A stretch of DNA of 64,000 nucleotides from Chloroflexota bacterium (lineage in GTDB: Bacteria > Chloroflexota > Dormibacteria > CF-121), in assembly GCA_005881215.1 (NCBI GenBank), contig VBDZ01000002.1, positions 382-64,381 on the forward strand, read 5' to 3'. The number at the start of each line of letters is the position of its first letter. Within the stretch, counting starts at the first letter, position 1. The position numbers were made by a program, and so were the translations under genes. The notes under the pieces were generated by a model. The model was not told the DNA's origin and did no database searches. It saw only the letters and a program-made list of their open reading frames with translations. This document shows, one piece after another, positions 10,390-20,004 of the stretch.

Positions 10390-11112
10390 GTGAGCCAGTT
10401 GCCCCCGCCCGAGCACATCGCGATCATCATGGATGGCAACAGCCGCTGGGCCCGTGAGCGGCTGCTGCCGCGCGTCATGGGGCACAAGGCGGGGATCGAG
10501 TCCATCCGCCGGGTGGCCGAAGCCGCCGACCAGCGCGGTATTCGGGTGCTCACTCTCTACGCCTTTTCCACCGAAAACTGGTCACGGCCCAAGGACGAGG
10601 TCGACGCCCTGATGACCCTGTTCTCCGAGACGATTCGGCGAGAGGTCGACGAGCTGGCGCGGCGCGGGATCGAACTCCGATTTTCCGGGCGGACGCACGA
10701 GCTATCGCCCGCGCTGCGGGATCAGATGCGACAGGCCAGTGAACGGACCCGCGTCACTGCGCGGGCCATCCTGAATATCGCGATCAATTACGGCGGTCGG
10801 ATCGAGATCGTGGACGCCGTCCGCGAGCTGGCGCGCGAGGGCGCCGATCTGACCCAGCTCGACGAGGCGAGCCTGGCGGCGCACCTCTACACCCGTGGCC
10901 TGCCCGACCCCGACCTGGTGATCCGGACTGCCGGCGAGATGCGGTTGAGCAATTTCCTCCTATGGCAGGCGGCCTACTCCGAGTTTCACAGCACCCAGAC
11001 GCTCTGGCCGGATTTCGGCGAAGCCGACTTCGACGAGGCGCTCGCCTCCTACCAGCGCCGGGTGCGGCGCTTTGGAGCGCGGCCGGAGGAGATTTCCAAT
11101 CGAGGCCGCTGA
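10390..11112 (+). CDS. uppS: undecaprenyl diphosphate synthase
   Basis: HIAIIMDGNSRWA...LTLYAFSTENWSRP...RLSNFLLWQAAYSEF. GTG 10390. The upstream part of the ORF overlaps frr out of frame. Confidence 0.95.
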   Translation: MSQLPPPEHIAIIMDGNSRWARERLLPRVMGHKAGIESIRRVAEAADQRGIRVLTLYAFSTENWSRPKDEVDALMTLFSETIRREVDELARRGIELRFSGRTHELSPALRDQMRQASERTRVTARAILNIAINYGGRIEIVDAVRELAREGADLTQLDEASLAAHLYTRGLPDPDLVIRTAGEMRLSNFLLWQAAYSEFHSTQTLWPDFGEADFDEALASYQRRVRRFGARPEEISNRGR

Positions 11113-11158
11113 GGGGGAGGCCCGCCAGCCGGCGGTAGCGGCGGCCCGCCGCTCCAAC

Positions 11159-11965
11159 ATGCTGGTTCGGGTCGCCACGGCGGCCGTCTTGATCGCGGCC
11201 GTGCTGGCGGCCCTGATCGCCGGCTCTATCTGGGTCTATGCGGCGATGGCGATCGTGCTGGGCGCCGCGCTGATCGAATTCTGGCAGCTGACCCGCGCCA
11301 TGGGCACGCCGGCACCGTTATGGCTGCTGTTTCCGCTGAGCTACGCCTTACTGCTCAGGGACCGGCTCCCCTCCTGGGCTAGCGTCATGCTGTTGCTCGC
11401 CGCCGTCACCGTCCTCGGACTGGGCACGCTGGTACTGGTGCGTGACTGGCGCGGCAGCCTGACGCGTTGGTCGCTCGCGGTGGGGGGCAGCCTGTACCTC
11501 GCATTCATGCTGAGTTTTTATCTGTCGCTCTACTTCTTGCACACGCCAGACCCAAATCACCTGGGCTTCGGCACCGTCATCGCGGTCTTCGGCGCCATCT
11601 GGGTGGGGGATACCGCCGCCATGGTGGCCGGTCTTCGGTTCGGACGCCACCGGTTCTTCCCCCAGATCAGTCCCAAAAAGACGGTCGAGGGCGCGGTGGC
11701 GGAGCTCCTGGCCAGCACGGTGTTCTTCGGCGTCGCCGGCCTGCTGCTCAACATCAGCTTTCCCCACAACCTGATCCTGGGCTTGTTGATCGGTGTCTTT
11801 GCCCAGGTTGGCGACCTGGTCGAGTCACAGATCAAGCGCACCGCCGGCGTCAAGGATGCGAGTCATCTGATTCCCGGTCACGGCGGCGTGCTGGACCGGA
11901 TTGATTCCCTCTTACTCGTCGGCGTGGTCGTGTACTATTACGTGACGTTGCTGCACCTGGCCTGA
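11159..11965 (+). CDS. cdsA: phosphatidate cytidylyltransferase
   Basis: Polytopic membrane protein with the C-terminal signature SQIKRTAGVKDASHLIPGHGGVLDRIDS. ATG 11159. Confidence 0.93.
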   Translation: MLVRVATAAVLIAAVLAALIAGSIWVYAAMAIVLGAALIEFWQLTRAMGTPAPLWLLFPLSYALLLRDRLPSWASVMLLLAAVTVLGLGTLVLVRDWRGSLTRWSLAVGGSLYLAFMLSFYLSLYFLHTPDPNHLGFGTVIAVFGAIWVGDTAAMVAGLRFGRHRFFPQISPKKTVEGAVAELLASTVFFGVAGLLLNISFPHNLILGLLIGVFAQVGDLVESQIKRTAGVKDASHLIPGHGGVLDRIDSLLLVGVVVYYYVTLLHLA

Positions 11966-12014
11966 GGCGAGTCGGTGCAATGACCCACGTAAGCTACGCG
12001 TTTTGCCCAAAGAG

Positions 12015-13178
12015 ATGAAATCCCGTACGTCGCTCCGGCGCCTGGCGTTGCTCGGTGCGACCGGCTCCATTGGCCGCCAGGTCTGCGACCTCGTCGAGCG
12101 ACATCCGGACCGGTTCGCCCTGCACGCGCTGGTCGCCGGCAGTGACGCGGCGGCGCTCGAGGCCGTGGCCCGACGCCATCCCGAGGCCCATGCCCTGCTC
12201 GCCCACCCCGCCGGCGGCAACCTGGATCGGGCGGCCCGTGCCATCGACGAGGCGATGCGGGATCCCGAAGTCGACCTGGTGGTGATCGCGGCCGCCGGAA
12301 GTGCGGCCTTGGCGCCGACGCTGGCGGCGCTCGACGCCGGGAAAGACATCGCGCTGGCGACCAAAGAGGTGCTGGTGATGGCGGGCGAGCTGGTCCGGGA
12401 GCGAATGCGGCGCCACGGTTCGCAAATCTTTCCGATCGACAGTGAGCACAGTGCCATCTGGCAGTGCCTGTGGGGGGAAAAGGAGCGAGCCGTCCGGCGG
12501 TTGATCCTGACCGGGTCCGGTGGCCCCTTCTTGCGGCGGCCACTCGAGACCTTCGGCACGGTCACCATCGCCGAGGCCCTGGCGCATCCGCGCTGGAAAA
12601 TGGGGCCCAAGATCACCGTCGACTCGGCGACCATGATGAACAAAGGGCTCGAGGTGATCGAGGCGCACTTCCTGTTCGACGTGCCCTACGAGGCGATCGA
12701 CGTCATCGTTCATCCGCAGAGCGTGGTGCATTCGATGGTGGAGTTCGTCGACGGCAGCATCAAGGCGCAGCTCGGCATTCCGGACATGCACCTGCCGATC
12801 GCCGTCGCGCTCGGATTCCCCGAGCGATTGGACGGTGTCACCAAGGCTCCCGACCTGGCGAGCCTCGGTCAGCTCTCCTTCGAGGCACTCGACCCAAATC
12901 GCTATCCGGCGGTGGCATTGGCACGCGAGGCGGGTGAGCGCGGCGGGACGGCGCCGGCGGTGCTCAACGGCGCTAACGAGGAGGCGGTCGCGCTCTTCCT
13001 CCAGGGTCAGCGCCGGTTCGACGACATCGTCCCATCCGTCCGGCGCGCCGTCGAGGCGGCGCCGCCGGCTGAGGAACTGACGCTGACGGCGCTGGTCGAG
13101 GCTGACCGCTGGGCGCGGGCACACGTACGCGCCTCAGTCGACGGCGCCAGCCGGGTCCGGAGCAAGTTGCCCGCATGA
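12015..13178 (+). CDS. dxr: 1-deoxy-D-xylulose 5-phosphate reductoisomerase
   Basis: [13 protein letters not shown]...[13 protein letters not shown]...LTGSGGPF...HPRWKMG. Start at ATG 12015 (or TTG 12003). Confidence 0.96.
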   Translation: MKSRTSLRRLALLGATGSIGRQVCDLVERHPDRFALHALVAGSDAAALEAVARRHPEAHALLAHPAGGNLDRAARAIDEAMRDPEVDLVVIAAAGSAALAPTLAALDAGKDIALATKEVLVMAGELVRERMRRHGSQIFPIDSEHSAIWQCLWGEKERAVRRLILTGSGGPFLRRPLETFGTVTIAEALAHPRWKMGPKITVDSATMMNKGLEVIEAHFLFDVPYEAIDVIVHPQSVVHSMVEFVDGSIKAQLGIPDMHLPIAVALGFPERLDGVTKAPDLASLGQLSFEALDPNRYPAVALAREAGERGGTAPAVLNGANEEAVALFLQGQRRFDDIVPSVRRAVEAAPPAEELTLTALVEADRWARAHVRASVDGASRVRSKLPA

Positions 13179-14218
13179 GCCCGGCGCTGCTGATTCCGCT
13201 TGTGATATTGATTTTCAGCGGTCTCGTGATCGTGCACGAGTCAGGTCACTTCCTGACCGCCAAGCTTTCCGGCATCAAAGTCGAACAGTTCAGCGTCGGC
13301 TTCGGCCCTCAACTGATCGGCTGGCAGCGGGGCGAAACCCTCTACGCGGTGCGTGCCATCCCGCTGGGTGGCTTCGTCAAGCTCGCCGGGATGGATGGCA
13401 GCATGGACGCAGGGGCGCGCAGCTTCAACGCCCACCCGCTCTGGCAACGCTTCATCGTGATCGTGGCTGGCTCGGCTTTCAACCTGGTGCTACCGGTCAT
13501 CATCTTTTTCGGTATCTATCTCGCGGTAGGGGAGAGCAACGTCCAGGTCCCGGTCCACGTCTCCTCGGTCGACGTCAACACGCCGGCCAGCGCCTCCGGG
13601 CTTCAGGCGGGGGACGTGATCAAGTCGGTCAACGGTCACCCGATCTCCACCTTCGAAGACCTGCCCAATGCCCTCAATGCGGCGAAGGACACCCCGGTAA
13701 CCGTCGTGGTGGAGCGCGCTGGCCAAACGCGCACCATCACCGCGACCCCGAAGTTCGACGCGAGTACGGGCAGCTACATCCTCGGCTTTCATCCTGCCTT
13801 CACCACCCGCAAGCTTGGCCCGCTCGAGGCGGGACCGCTGGCGGTACGCCAAACCGGTGAATCCATCGTCGCGATAGTTGGCGGGATTTACCAGCTGGCT
13901 ACCGACAAGAGCCTGGGCGGGTTTCTCGGTCCCCGCGGACTGGAAGGTCCGGTCGGGATCGTGAAAACCACGGCCCGGGCCGCCCAGGCGGGCGCACTGG
14001 CGGTCGCCGGCGTCGTCGCGTTTTTAAGCCTCAGCCTGGGGATGGCGAATATCCTTCCCTTTCCGGCGCTGGACGGTGGGCGGGCGGCCTTCCTCGTGCT
14101 CGAGTTGATTCGCGGCCGACCGGTCGACCCGGCACGGGAGCAGGTGGTGCACTACGTCGGTCTCGCTCTCTTGTTTGCTTTGATCGGACTTGTGACATAT
14201 AACGATGTGCTGAGATGA
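13175..14218 (+). CDS. rseP: RIP site-2 metalloprotease RseP/RasP family
   Basis: [10 protein letters not shown] (HExxH), one PDZ-like segment, and C-terminal [15 protein letters not shown] overlap with dxr. Confidence 0.93.
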   Translation: MSPALLIPLVILIFSGLVIVHESGHFLTAKLSGIKVEQFSVGFGPQLIGWQRGETLYAVRAIPLGGFVKLAGMDGSMDAGARSFNAHPLWQRFIVIVAGSAFNLVLPVIIFFGIYLAVGESNVQVPVHVSSVDVNTPASASGLQAGDVIKSVNGHPISTFEDLPNALNAAKDTPVTVVVERAGQTRTITATPKFDASTGSYILGFHPAFTTRKLGPLEAGPLAVRQTGESIVAIVGGIYQLATDKSLGGFLGPRGLEGPVGIVKTTARAAQAGALAVAGVVAFLSLSLGMANILPFPALDGGRAAFLVLELIRGRPVDPAREQVVHYVGLALLFALIGLVTYNDVLR

Positions 14219-14222
14219 GGCC

Positions 14223-15320
14223 ATGAGAGCGCGCCGCAAATCGGTCCCGGTGCGCGTTGGTGACGTTGTGATCGGCGGCGCCGCCGAGATCGTCGTCCAG
14301 TCGATGACCAAGGCGGACACCCGCGACGTCAAAGCGACGCTGAACGAGATTAGCCGGCTGAAGGACGCGAACTGCCGGATCGTTCGGGTCGCGGTGCCGA
14401 CCAAAGAGGCGGCCCAGGCGATGGTCGAGATCAAAAAGGCTTCGCCGCTTCCGATCATCGCGGATATCCATTACGACGCACCACTGGCGCTGCTGGCGCT
14501 CGAAGCCGGGGTGGATGGGCTTCGGCTGAATCCCGGCAATATCAAGGATCCGGAAAAGGTCAAGGAGATCACCCGCCGGGCCAAGGAACGCGAGGTGCCG
14601 ATCCGGATCGGCGTCAACGCCGGGTCATTGCCCGGGCGGCCGAAAGAGGGCGCCGGCGTCCGGCCGCCCACCGAGGAAGTGGTTACCGCCATGGTGAATG
14701 CGGCGCTCGGCCATATCCACATCCTGGAATCCCTCGATTTCAACTTGATAAAGGTCTCGATGAAGGCCTCGGATCCGCCCACGATGATTGCCGCCAACCG
14801 GGCGCTCGCCGACAAGATCTCCTATCCGCTGCACCTCGGCGTCACGGAGGCCGGTCCGCCCCGGACGGGCGCTGTCAAAAGCGCGGTCGGGATCGGTGTG
14901 CTGCTGGAGGAGGGCATCGGCGACACGATCCGGGTCTCGCTTGCCGGCGACTCGGTCGATGAAGTCGAGGTGGCGTACGGCATCGTGAACGCCCTCGCTG
15001 AAAAGCTGACCGGGCCAAACCTGATCGCCTGCCCAATGTGCGGTCGGCTCGAGATCGACATGCTGCCGATGGTGGCCGAAGTGGAGCAGGCGCTGAAGAA
15101 GATCAAGCGGCCGATCAACGTCTCGGTGATGGGCTGCGTCGTGAACGGTCCCGGCGAAGGGCAGCACGCGGACATCGGCATCGCCGGTGGAAAAAACAAA
15201 GGGATTCTCTTCAAGCACGGCAAGATCGTCGGCACCTTCCCCGAGAATGAGCTGGTGCCCGCGTTGCTTCGCGAACTGGACGCGATCGCCAAAGAAGACG
15301 AGCAGAAGCTAGCCAGCTAA
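14223..15320 (+). CDS. ispG: 4-hydroxy-3-methylbut-2-en-1-yl diphosphate synthase
   Basis: VQSMTKADTRDV...IADIHYD...RINPGN-like LRLNPGN...CPMCGR...MGCVVNGPGE. Confidence 0.95.
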   Translation: MRARRKSVPVRVGDVVIGGAAEIVVQSMTKADTRDVKATLNEISRLKDANCRIVRVAVPTKEAAQAMVEIKKASPLPIIADIHYDAPLALLALEAGVDGLRLNPGNIKDPEKVKEITRRAKEREVPIRIGVNAGSLPGRPKEGAGVRPPTEEVVTAMVNAALGHIHILESLDFNLIKVSMKASDPPTMIAANRALADKISYPLHLGVTEAGPPRTGAVKSAVGIGVLLEEGIGDTIRVSLAGDSVDEVEVAYGIVNALAEKLTGPNLIACPMCGRLEIDMLPMVAEVEQALKKIKRPINVSVMGCVVNGPGEGQHADIGIAGGKNKGILFKHGKIVGTFPENELVPALLRELDAIAKEDEQKLAS

Positions 15321-15347
15321 AACAGTCCCTTTATACTCACTAGCCAC

Positions 15348-16802
15348 ATGGCGGTCGAGGAGAAGCAAGAGACTGGGTTCGTCAAGGAGATCCGCAAACA
15401 GTCGGTGGATTTCCCGGGCTGGTACAACGACGTGGTCCGCAAAGCCCAGCTGGCGGACAACTCGCCCGTCGCCGGGACGATGGTCATCCGTCCTTACGGT
15501 TACGCGATCTGGGAGAACATTCGCGATCCGCTCGACGGTCTGATCAAGCAGACCGGGCACGAGAACTGGTACTTCCCCGCGCTGATCCCGCTGAGCTTCC
15601 TCCAAAAGGAGCGCGAGCACGTTGAAGGCTTCGCCCCCGAGTTCCAGCTGGTGACGAAAGGCGGTGGGAAGGACCTCGAGGAGCCCCTCGTCCTCCGCCC
15701 GACCTCGGAGACGATGATCGCCAGCGTGCTGCGGGATTACATCCAGTCGTATCGCGACCTGCCGGTGCTGACGAACCAGTGGAACAACGTCTTTCGCTGG
15801 GAGCTCAAAGCGCGCTTCTTCCTGCGAACACGGGAATTCCTCTGGCAGGAAGGCCATACGTTTCATGAGACTGATACCGAAGCGGAAGAGGAAGTGGCCC
15901 GCATGCTCGACTGCTACCGCCGGATCGCGGAAGAGTGGTGCGCGATCCCGGTGCTCGCCGGCCGGAAATCGGAGAGCGAAAAGTTCGCCGGAGCCCGATA
16001 CTCGACCGCGATCGAGGGCATGATGATGGACGGGAAGGCGCTGCAGATGGCAACCTCCCATTACTTCGCCGACAACTTCACCCGCGCCTACGACCTGACC
16101 TTTACCGGCCGCAACAATGAGCGGCAATACCCGCACTCGACCAGCTGGGGGATGTCGACCCGGATGGTCGGCGCCGTCGTGATGGCGCATGGCGACGACT
16201 CTGGCCTACAGCTGCCACCGCGGATCGCGCCGGTCCAGGTCGTCATCATTCCGATCTTTCGGAGTGACGCCGAGCGGCACCAGATCGAAGCAGCGCTGGC
16301 CGGCGTCCTCGATGAGCTCACAGACATCCGGCTGAAGGTCGACTGGCGCGACGAGCGTCCCGGCTTCAAGTTCAACGAGTGGGAGCTGAAGGGCGTCCCA
16401 TTGCGGATCGAGGTAGGACCGCGCGACCTCGCCAAGGGCGAGGCCACGGTGGTGCGGCGACTGGATCGGCTGAAAAAGTCGGTTCCGCTCTCCGAGTTGG
16501 CGCTGACCATTCCCGCCATGCTCGAGAAGATCCAGGAGGCGCTGTTCGAGCGGGCCCGTGGGTTTCGCGAGCAGCACACGGTACGGGTGGACTCGCTGCA
16601 AGCGCTGGCCGAGTTTTTCGACACCCAGATCGGCTTCGCCGTGACCCCCTGGTGTGGGCGAGCGGAGGACGAGGCGACCGTCAAAGAGCGCACCACCGCC
16701 ACCACCAGGGTGATCCTGCCCGGCCCCGGCCGGCCGGAAGGGGCCTGCGCGATCTGCGGCCGGCCCGCCGTGACGGACGTCGCCTGGGGAAAGGCCTACT
16801 AA
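15348..16802 (+). CDS. proS: prolyl-tRNA synthetase (archaeal/eukaryote-like type without the INS editing domain)
   Basis: FPGWYNDVV...RPTSETMI...FLRTREFLWQEGHT. C-terminal Zn motif CAICG and a terminal Y. TATACT lies 10 nt upstream of the ATG with no SD. Confidence 0.95.
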   Translation: MAVEEKQETGFVKEIRKQSVDFPGWYNDVVRKAQLADNSPVAGTMVIRPYGYAIWENIRDPLDGLIKQTGHENWYFPALIPLSFLQKEREHVEGFAPEFQLVTKGGGKDLEEPLVLRPTSETMIASVLRDYIQSYRDLPVLTNQWNNVFRWELKARFFLRTREFLWQEGHTFHETDTEAEEEVARMLDCYRRIAEEWCAIPVLAGRKSESEKFAGARYSTAIEGMMMDGKALQMATSHYFADNFTRAYDLTFTGRNNERQYPHSTSWGMSTRMVGAVVMAHGDDSGLQLPPRIAPVQVVIIPIFRSDAERHQIEAALAGVLDELTDIRLKVDWRDERPGFKFNEWELKGVPLRIEVGPRDLAKGEATVVRRLDRLKKSVPLSELALTIPAMLEKIQEALFERARGFREQHTVRVDSLQALAEFFDTQIGFAVTPWCGRAEDEATVKERTTATTRVILPGPGRPEGACAICGRPAVTDVAWGKAY

Positions 16803-16870
16803 CTGCGGGCCAGATTGGGTTCCCGGAAGTTCGGGGATAATTCCGCCATACACGGAATAGGGACCCGGAC

Positions 16871-19021
16871 ATGCAATTCGCCGATCTACTAACCAAGGTC
16901 AGCTATCTGCCACCCAGCGACGTGGAGGTGCTGTCCCGCGCCTATGACGCGGCCGCCAGCGCCCACCACGACCAGAACCGGCTCTCCGGCGAGAAGTTCA
17001 TCGAACATCCGCTGAGCGTGGCCGGCATTCTCGCCGACCTGCAGCTCGATCGGGATACCCTGGCCGCCGCCATCTTGCACGACACCGTGGAGGACACCCA
17101 CCTGACGGTCTCGGACCTGGAGCAGAGCTTCGGGCCGACGGTGGGCAAGCTGGTGGCGGGCGTGACCAAGCTGGAGAAGATCTCCTTCCACAGCCAGGAG
17201 CAGGCGCAGGCGGAAAACGTCCGCAAGATGCTGGTCGCCATGGCGGAAGACGTCCGGGTGGTGCTGATGAAGCTGGCGGACCGCTTGCACAACATGCGGA
17301 CCGTCAACTACCTGCCGGAGAACCGGCGCCGGGCGATGGCCCAGGAGACGCTGGACATCTACGCGCCGCTGGCCCACCGGCTCGGCATGTGGAACATCAA
17401 GTGGGAACTGGAAGACCTCTCGTTTGCCCAGCTCCACCCCGAGGAATACCAGGAGATCGTCAAGAAGATCGCACGCAAGCGCAAAGAGCGCGAGACCTAC
17501 GTCAATGACATCAAGGAGATCCTCGAGCGTGAGCTCACCGCGGTCGGCATCAAGGCCGACACCAGCGGCCGGCCGAAGCACGTCTACAGCATCGCCAATA
17601 AGCTCGCGCTGGGCAAAGATTTTGACGAGATCTACGACCTCTCCGCCATTCGAGTGCTGACCGATTCGATCAAGGATTGCTACGGCGCGCTCGGCGTCAT
17701 CCACTCGCTGTGGAAACCGATCCCCGGACGCTTCAAGGACTACATCGCGATGCCGAAGTCCAACGGCTATCAGTCCCTGCACACCACGGTCGTCAGCCAT
17801 AGCGGCGAGCCGATGGAGATCCAGATCCGCACCCATGAGATGCACCGCACGGCCGAGTGGGGCGTGGCGGCGCACTGGACCTATAAGGAGGGTGGCGGCA
17901 AGGACGACCGCAAGATGGACCTGCGGTTCGCCTGGCTGCGGCAGCTGATGGATTGGCAAAAAGAGGTGCTCGACGCGGAGAAGTTCGTCGATGCAGTCAA
18001 GGTCGACGTTTTCCGTGACGAGGTTTTCGTCTTTACTCCGAAAGGCGACGTCCTGGCGCTACCGACCGGCGCGACTGCGGTCGACTTTGCCTACCGGATC
18101 CACACCGAGGTTGGCCATCGTTGCATTGGGTCGAAGGCGAACGGCCGCATGGTCCCCCTCGATTACCAGCTGCAGAACGGCGACATCGTCGAAGTGCTGA
18201 CCTCGAAAGGTCCCCACGGTCCGAGTCGCGACTGGCTGGCCTTCGTCAAAACCGCGGGCGCCGCCCAGAAGATCCGCGTCTGGTTCAAGAAGGAGCGACG
18301 CGAAGAAAACGTCACCAAGGGCAAGGAACTGCTCGACAAGGAGTTCCGTCGCATGCAGCAGCGTGCCCTCGCCTCCATCGGCGACGAGCGGGTGCTCGAG
18401 CTGGCAAAGGAATTCCACTTCACGGATCTCAACGACTTCTACGCCGCCATCGGCTACGGTGACGTCAGTCCGCACTCCGTGCTGCTGAAGTACATGGCGG
18501 CCGGCCAGCAGCCGGACGGCAACGGCGAGTTCCCCCTCATTCCGCTGGTCCCGCAGTTCAAGCCGACCGGCGAAATCCGAGTCAAGGGTGAACGCGGTGT
18601 CCTCACCCAGATCGCCCAGTGTTGCAAGCCGGTGCCCGGCGACCCGATCAGCGGCTACATCACGCGCGGCAAGGGGATCACCGTGCACCGCACCAGTTGC
18701 AAGAACGTCCTGAACGTGACCAACCAGGAACGGGTGGTGCCGGTCGACTGGGATACCGGCGGCCGGCAGCTCTATCCGGTCGGGATCAAGATCGAAGCCT
18801 GGGACCGCACCGGGCTCCTGCGCGACATCGCGACCGTGATCGCCGAGAGCAAGATCAATCTGACCGGCGCCGAAGTCCAGGTCTATGACGACAAGACGGC
18901 GGTGATCTCGACCACCGTCGAGATCAGCAGCCTCACCCAGCTGAGCCGCTTGATGGAGCGCCTGGAAACCGTCAAGGACGTCCACACGGTGGCGCGTGAG
19001 GGCAACCTCGCCGCCACCTGA
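16871..19021 (+). CDS. rel: bifunctional (p)ppGpp synthetase/hydrolase (RSH long form: HD, synthetase, TGS, ACT)
   Basis: HD motif HPLSVA...LHDTVEDT, synthetase RPKHVYSIANKL...YQSLHT, TGS FVFTPKGDV..LP.GAT..DFAY.IH, and a C-terminal ACT domain. Confidence 0.96.
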   Translation: MQFADLLTKVSYLPPSDVEVLSRAYDAAASAHHDQNRLSGEKFIEHPLSVAGILADLQLDRDTLAAAILHDTVEDTHLTVSDLEQSFGPTVGKLVAGVTKLEKISFHSQEQAQAENVRKMLVAMAEDVRVVLMKLADRLHNMRTVNYLPENRRRAMAQETLDIYAPLAHRLGMWNIKWELEDLSFAQLHPEEYQEIVKKIARKRKERETYVNDIKEILERELTAVGIKADTSGRPKHVYSIANKLALGKDFDEIYDLSAIRVLTDSIKDCYGALGVIHSLWKPIPGRFKDYIAMPKSNGYQSLHTTVVSHSGEPMEIQIRTHEMHRTAEWGVAAHWTYKEGGGKDDRKMDLRFAWLRQLMDWQKEVLDAEKFVDAVKVDVFRDEVFVFTPKGDVLALPTGATAVDFAYRIHTEVGHRCIGSKANGRMVPLDYQLQNGDIVEVLTSKGPHGPSRDWLAFVKTAGAAQKIRVWFKKERREENVTKGKELLDKEFRRMQQRALASIGDERVLELAKEFHFTDLNDFYAAIGYGDVSPHSVLLKYMAAGQQPDGNGEFPLIPLVPQFKPTGEIRVKGERGVLTQIAQCCKPVPGDPISGYITRGKGITVHRTSCKNVLNVTNQERVVPVDWDTGGRQLYPVGIKIEAWDRTGLLRDIATVIAESKINLTGAEVQVYDDKTAVISTTVEISSLTQLSRLMERLETVKDVHTVAREGNLAAT

Positions 19022-19124
19022 CCGAACAGTAACGGTAATCGTTACAGCCTTGTAACCTCCGGAGGCCGCCGCAAACGCGGGGAAAGCTTCCCCGTAACTT
19101 CGGGTCCATAGCATCGGGTTTGCG

Positions 19125-19994
19125 ATGGGTGCCCATTCGAGCGGTGGACGCGCGCTTGCCGGCTTTTTCGGGCTGGCCTTCGTGGTTGTCCTGCTGTTCG
19201 GCGTGGTGGCGTTGGTCGCGCTGCGGCCGACGGACAGCTTGGCCTGGGTACAGGTGCCCGACCTCACTGCCGACCTCCGGCTCGATGCCGGGCTGCAGAC
19301 GAAGCCGTTGAAAGATACCGTGGTCGCCGAAGCGTTGAACGACCGCGGGCTCGACGGCACGACCGCAGAGGCGCTGGCTATCCCGCCGGCGCTGGCGATC
19401 GCGCCCCCGCCGCAACCGCAGGTGGCCGTCAGCCTGCCGCCGGCGGTCCGGCCAGTGATTCCCCCCGCGCCGACACCGACGCCCGCGCCGACACCGACGC
19501 CCGCGCCCACCCCGGGGCCGACACCAACCCCGACGCCGTCGCCCACCCCGTCGCCAACGCCGACGCCGACGCCGACGCCAACCCCGACGCCGTCGCCGAC
19601 GCCGACCCCCACACCGACACCGGCGCCAACTCCGACCCCGACTCCTACCGCACGCTTCGCCATCACGTCAGCGAACGAGTCGGTGAGTAAGTCACCGAAG
19701 AACGGCAACGGCGGCAACAATGGCCACTGTGCCCAGCTCATCGTGACGGCGACCGGGAATTTCACCACGAACGGTGTGGGGGGCTTGGTTTATTACCAGT
19801 GGGTCCACTACGACACCAACGGCAAAGTGATCGGCGTGACACCCGAAGCGCCGATTCGGGTCGCCGCAGGTGATACGAACCCGCATGCCGTGGTTTCCGA
19901 CACGTTCACACCGATGCACAGCGGATCGGACCAGCTCGTTTTCACATCGCCGTTTTACACCGCGGCGGCACAAGGCTGGAGCTGCGTTGGCTAG
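19125..19994 (+). CDS. hypothetical membrane-anchored protein with a long Pro/Thr linker and a Cys-pair C-terminal domain
   Basis: N-terminal TM helix ([20 protein letters not shown]), a ~65-aa (P-T/A/S)n linker, and a ~115-aa C-terminal domain with two Cys. No family recognised. Confidence 0.65.
   Translation: MGAHSSGGRALAGFFGLAFVVVLLFGVVALVALRPTDSLAWVQVPDLTADLRLDAGLQTKPLKDTVVAEALNDRGLDGTTAEALAIPPALAIAPPPQPQVAVSLPPAVRPVIPPAPTPTPAPTPTPAPTPGPTPTPTPSPTPSPTPTPTPTPTPTPSPTPTPTPTPAPTPTPTPTARFAITSANESVSKSPKNGNGGNNGHCAQLIVTATGNFTTNGVGGLVYYQWVHYDTNGKVIGVTPEAPIRVAAGDTNPHAVVSDTFTPMHSGSDQLVFTSPFYTAAAQGWSCVG
19461..19650. repeat. degenerate hexanucleotide (CCGACN)n tract encoding the PT linker
   Basis: CCGACACCGACGCCCGCGCCGACACCGACGCCC... 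repeated. The antisense frame gives the (GV)n run seen in spurious ORF 18059..19768. Confidence 0.85.
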
Positions 19995-20004
19995 GCCGCT
20001 GCGG

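Noticed and set aside
19461-19650. Regular short repeats considered as a possible CRISPR array or minisatellite
   Set aside because: The period is about 6 nt with no spacers. It lies entirely inside an ORF and encodes a Pro/Thr linker. It is not CRISPR-like.
18059-19768. 569-aa minus-strand ORF containing a long (GV)n run
   Set aside because: The (GV)n run is simply the reverse complement of the (PT)n linker of ORF 19125..19994. The remainder is antisense to rel. There is no independent coding evidence.
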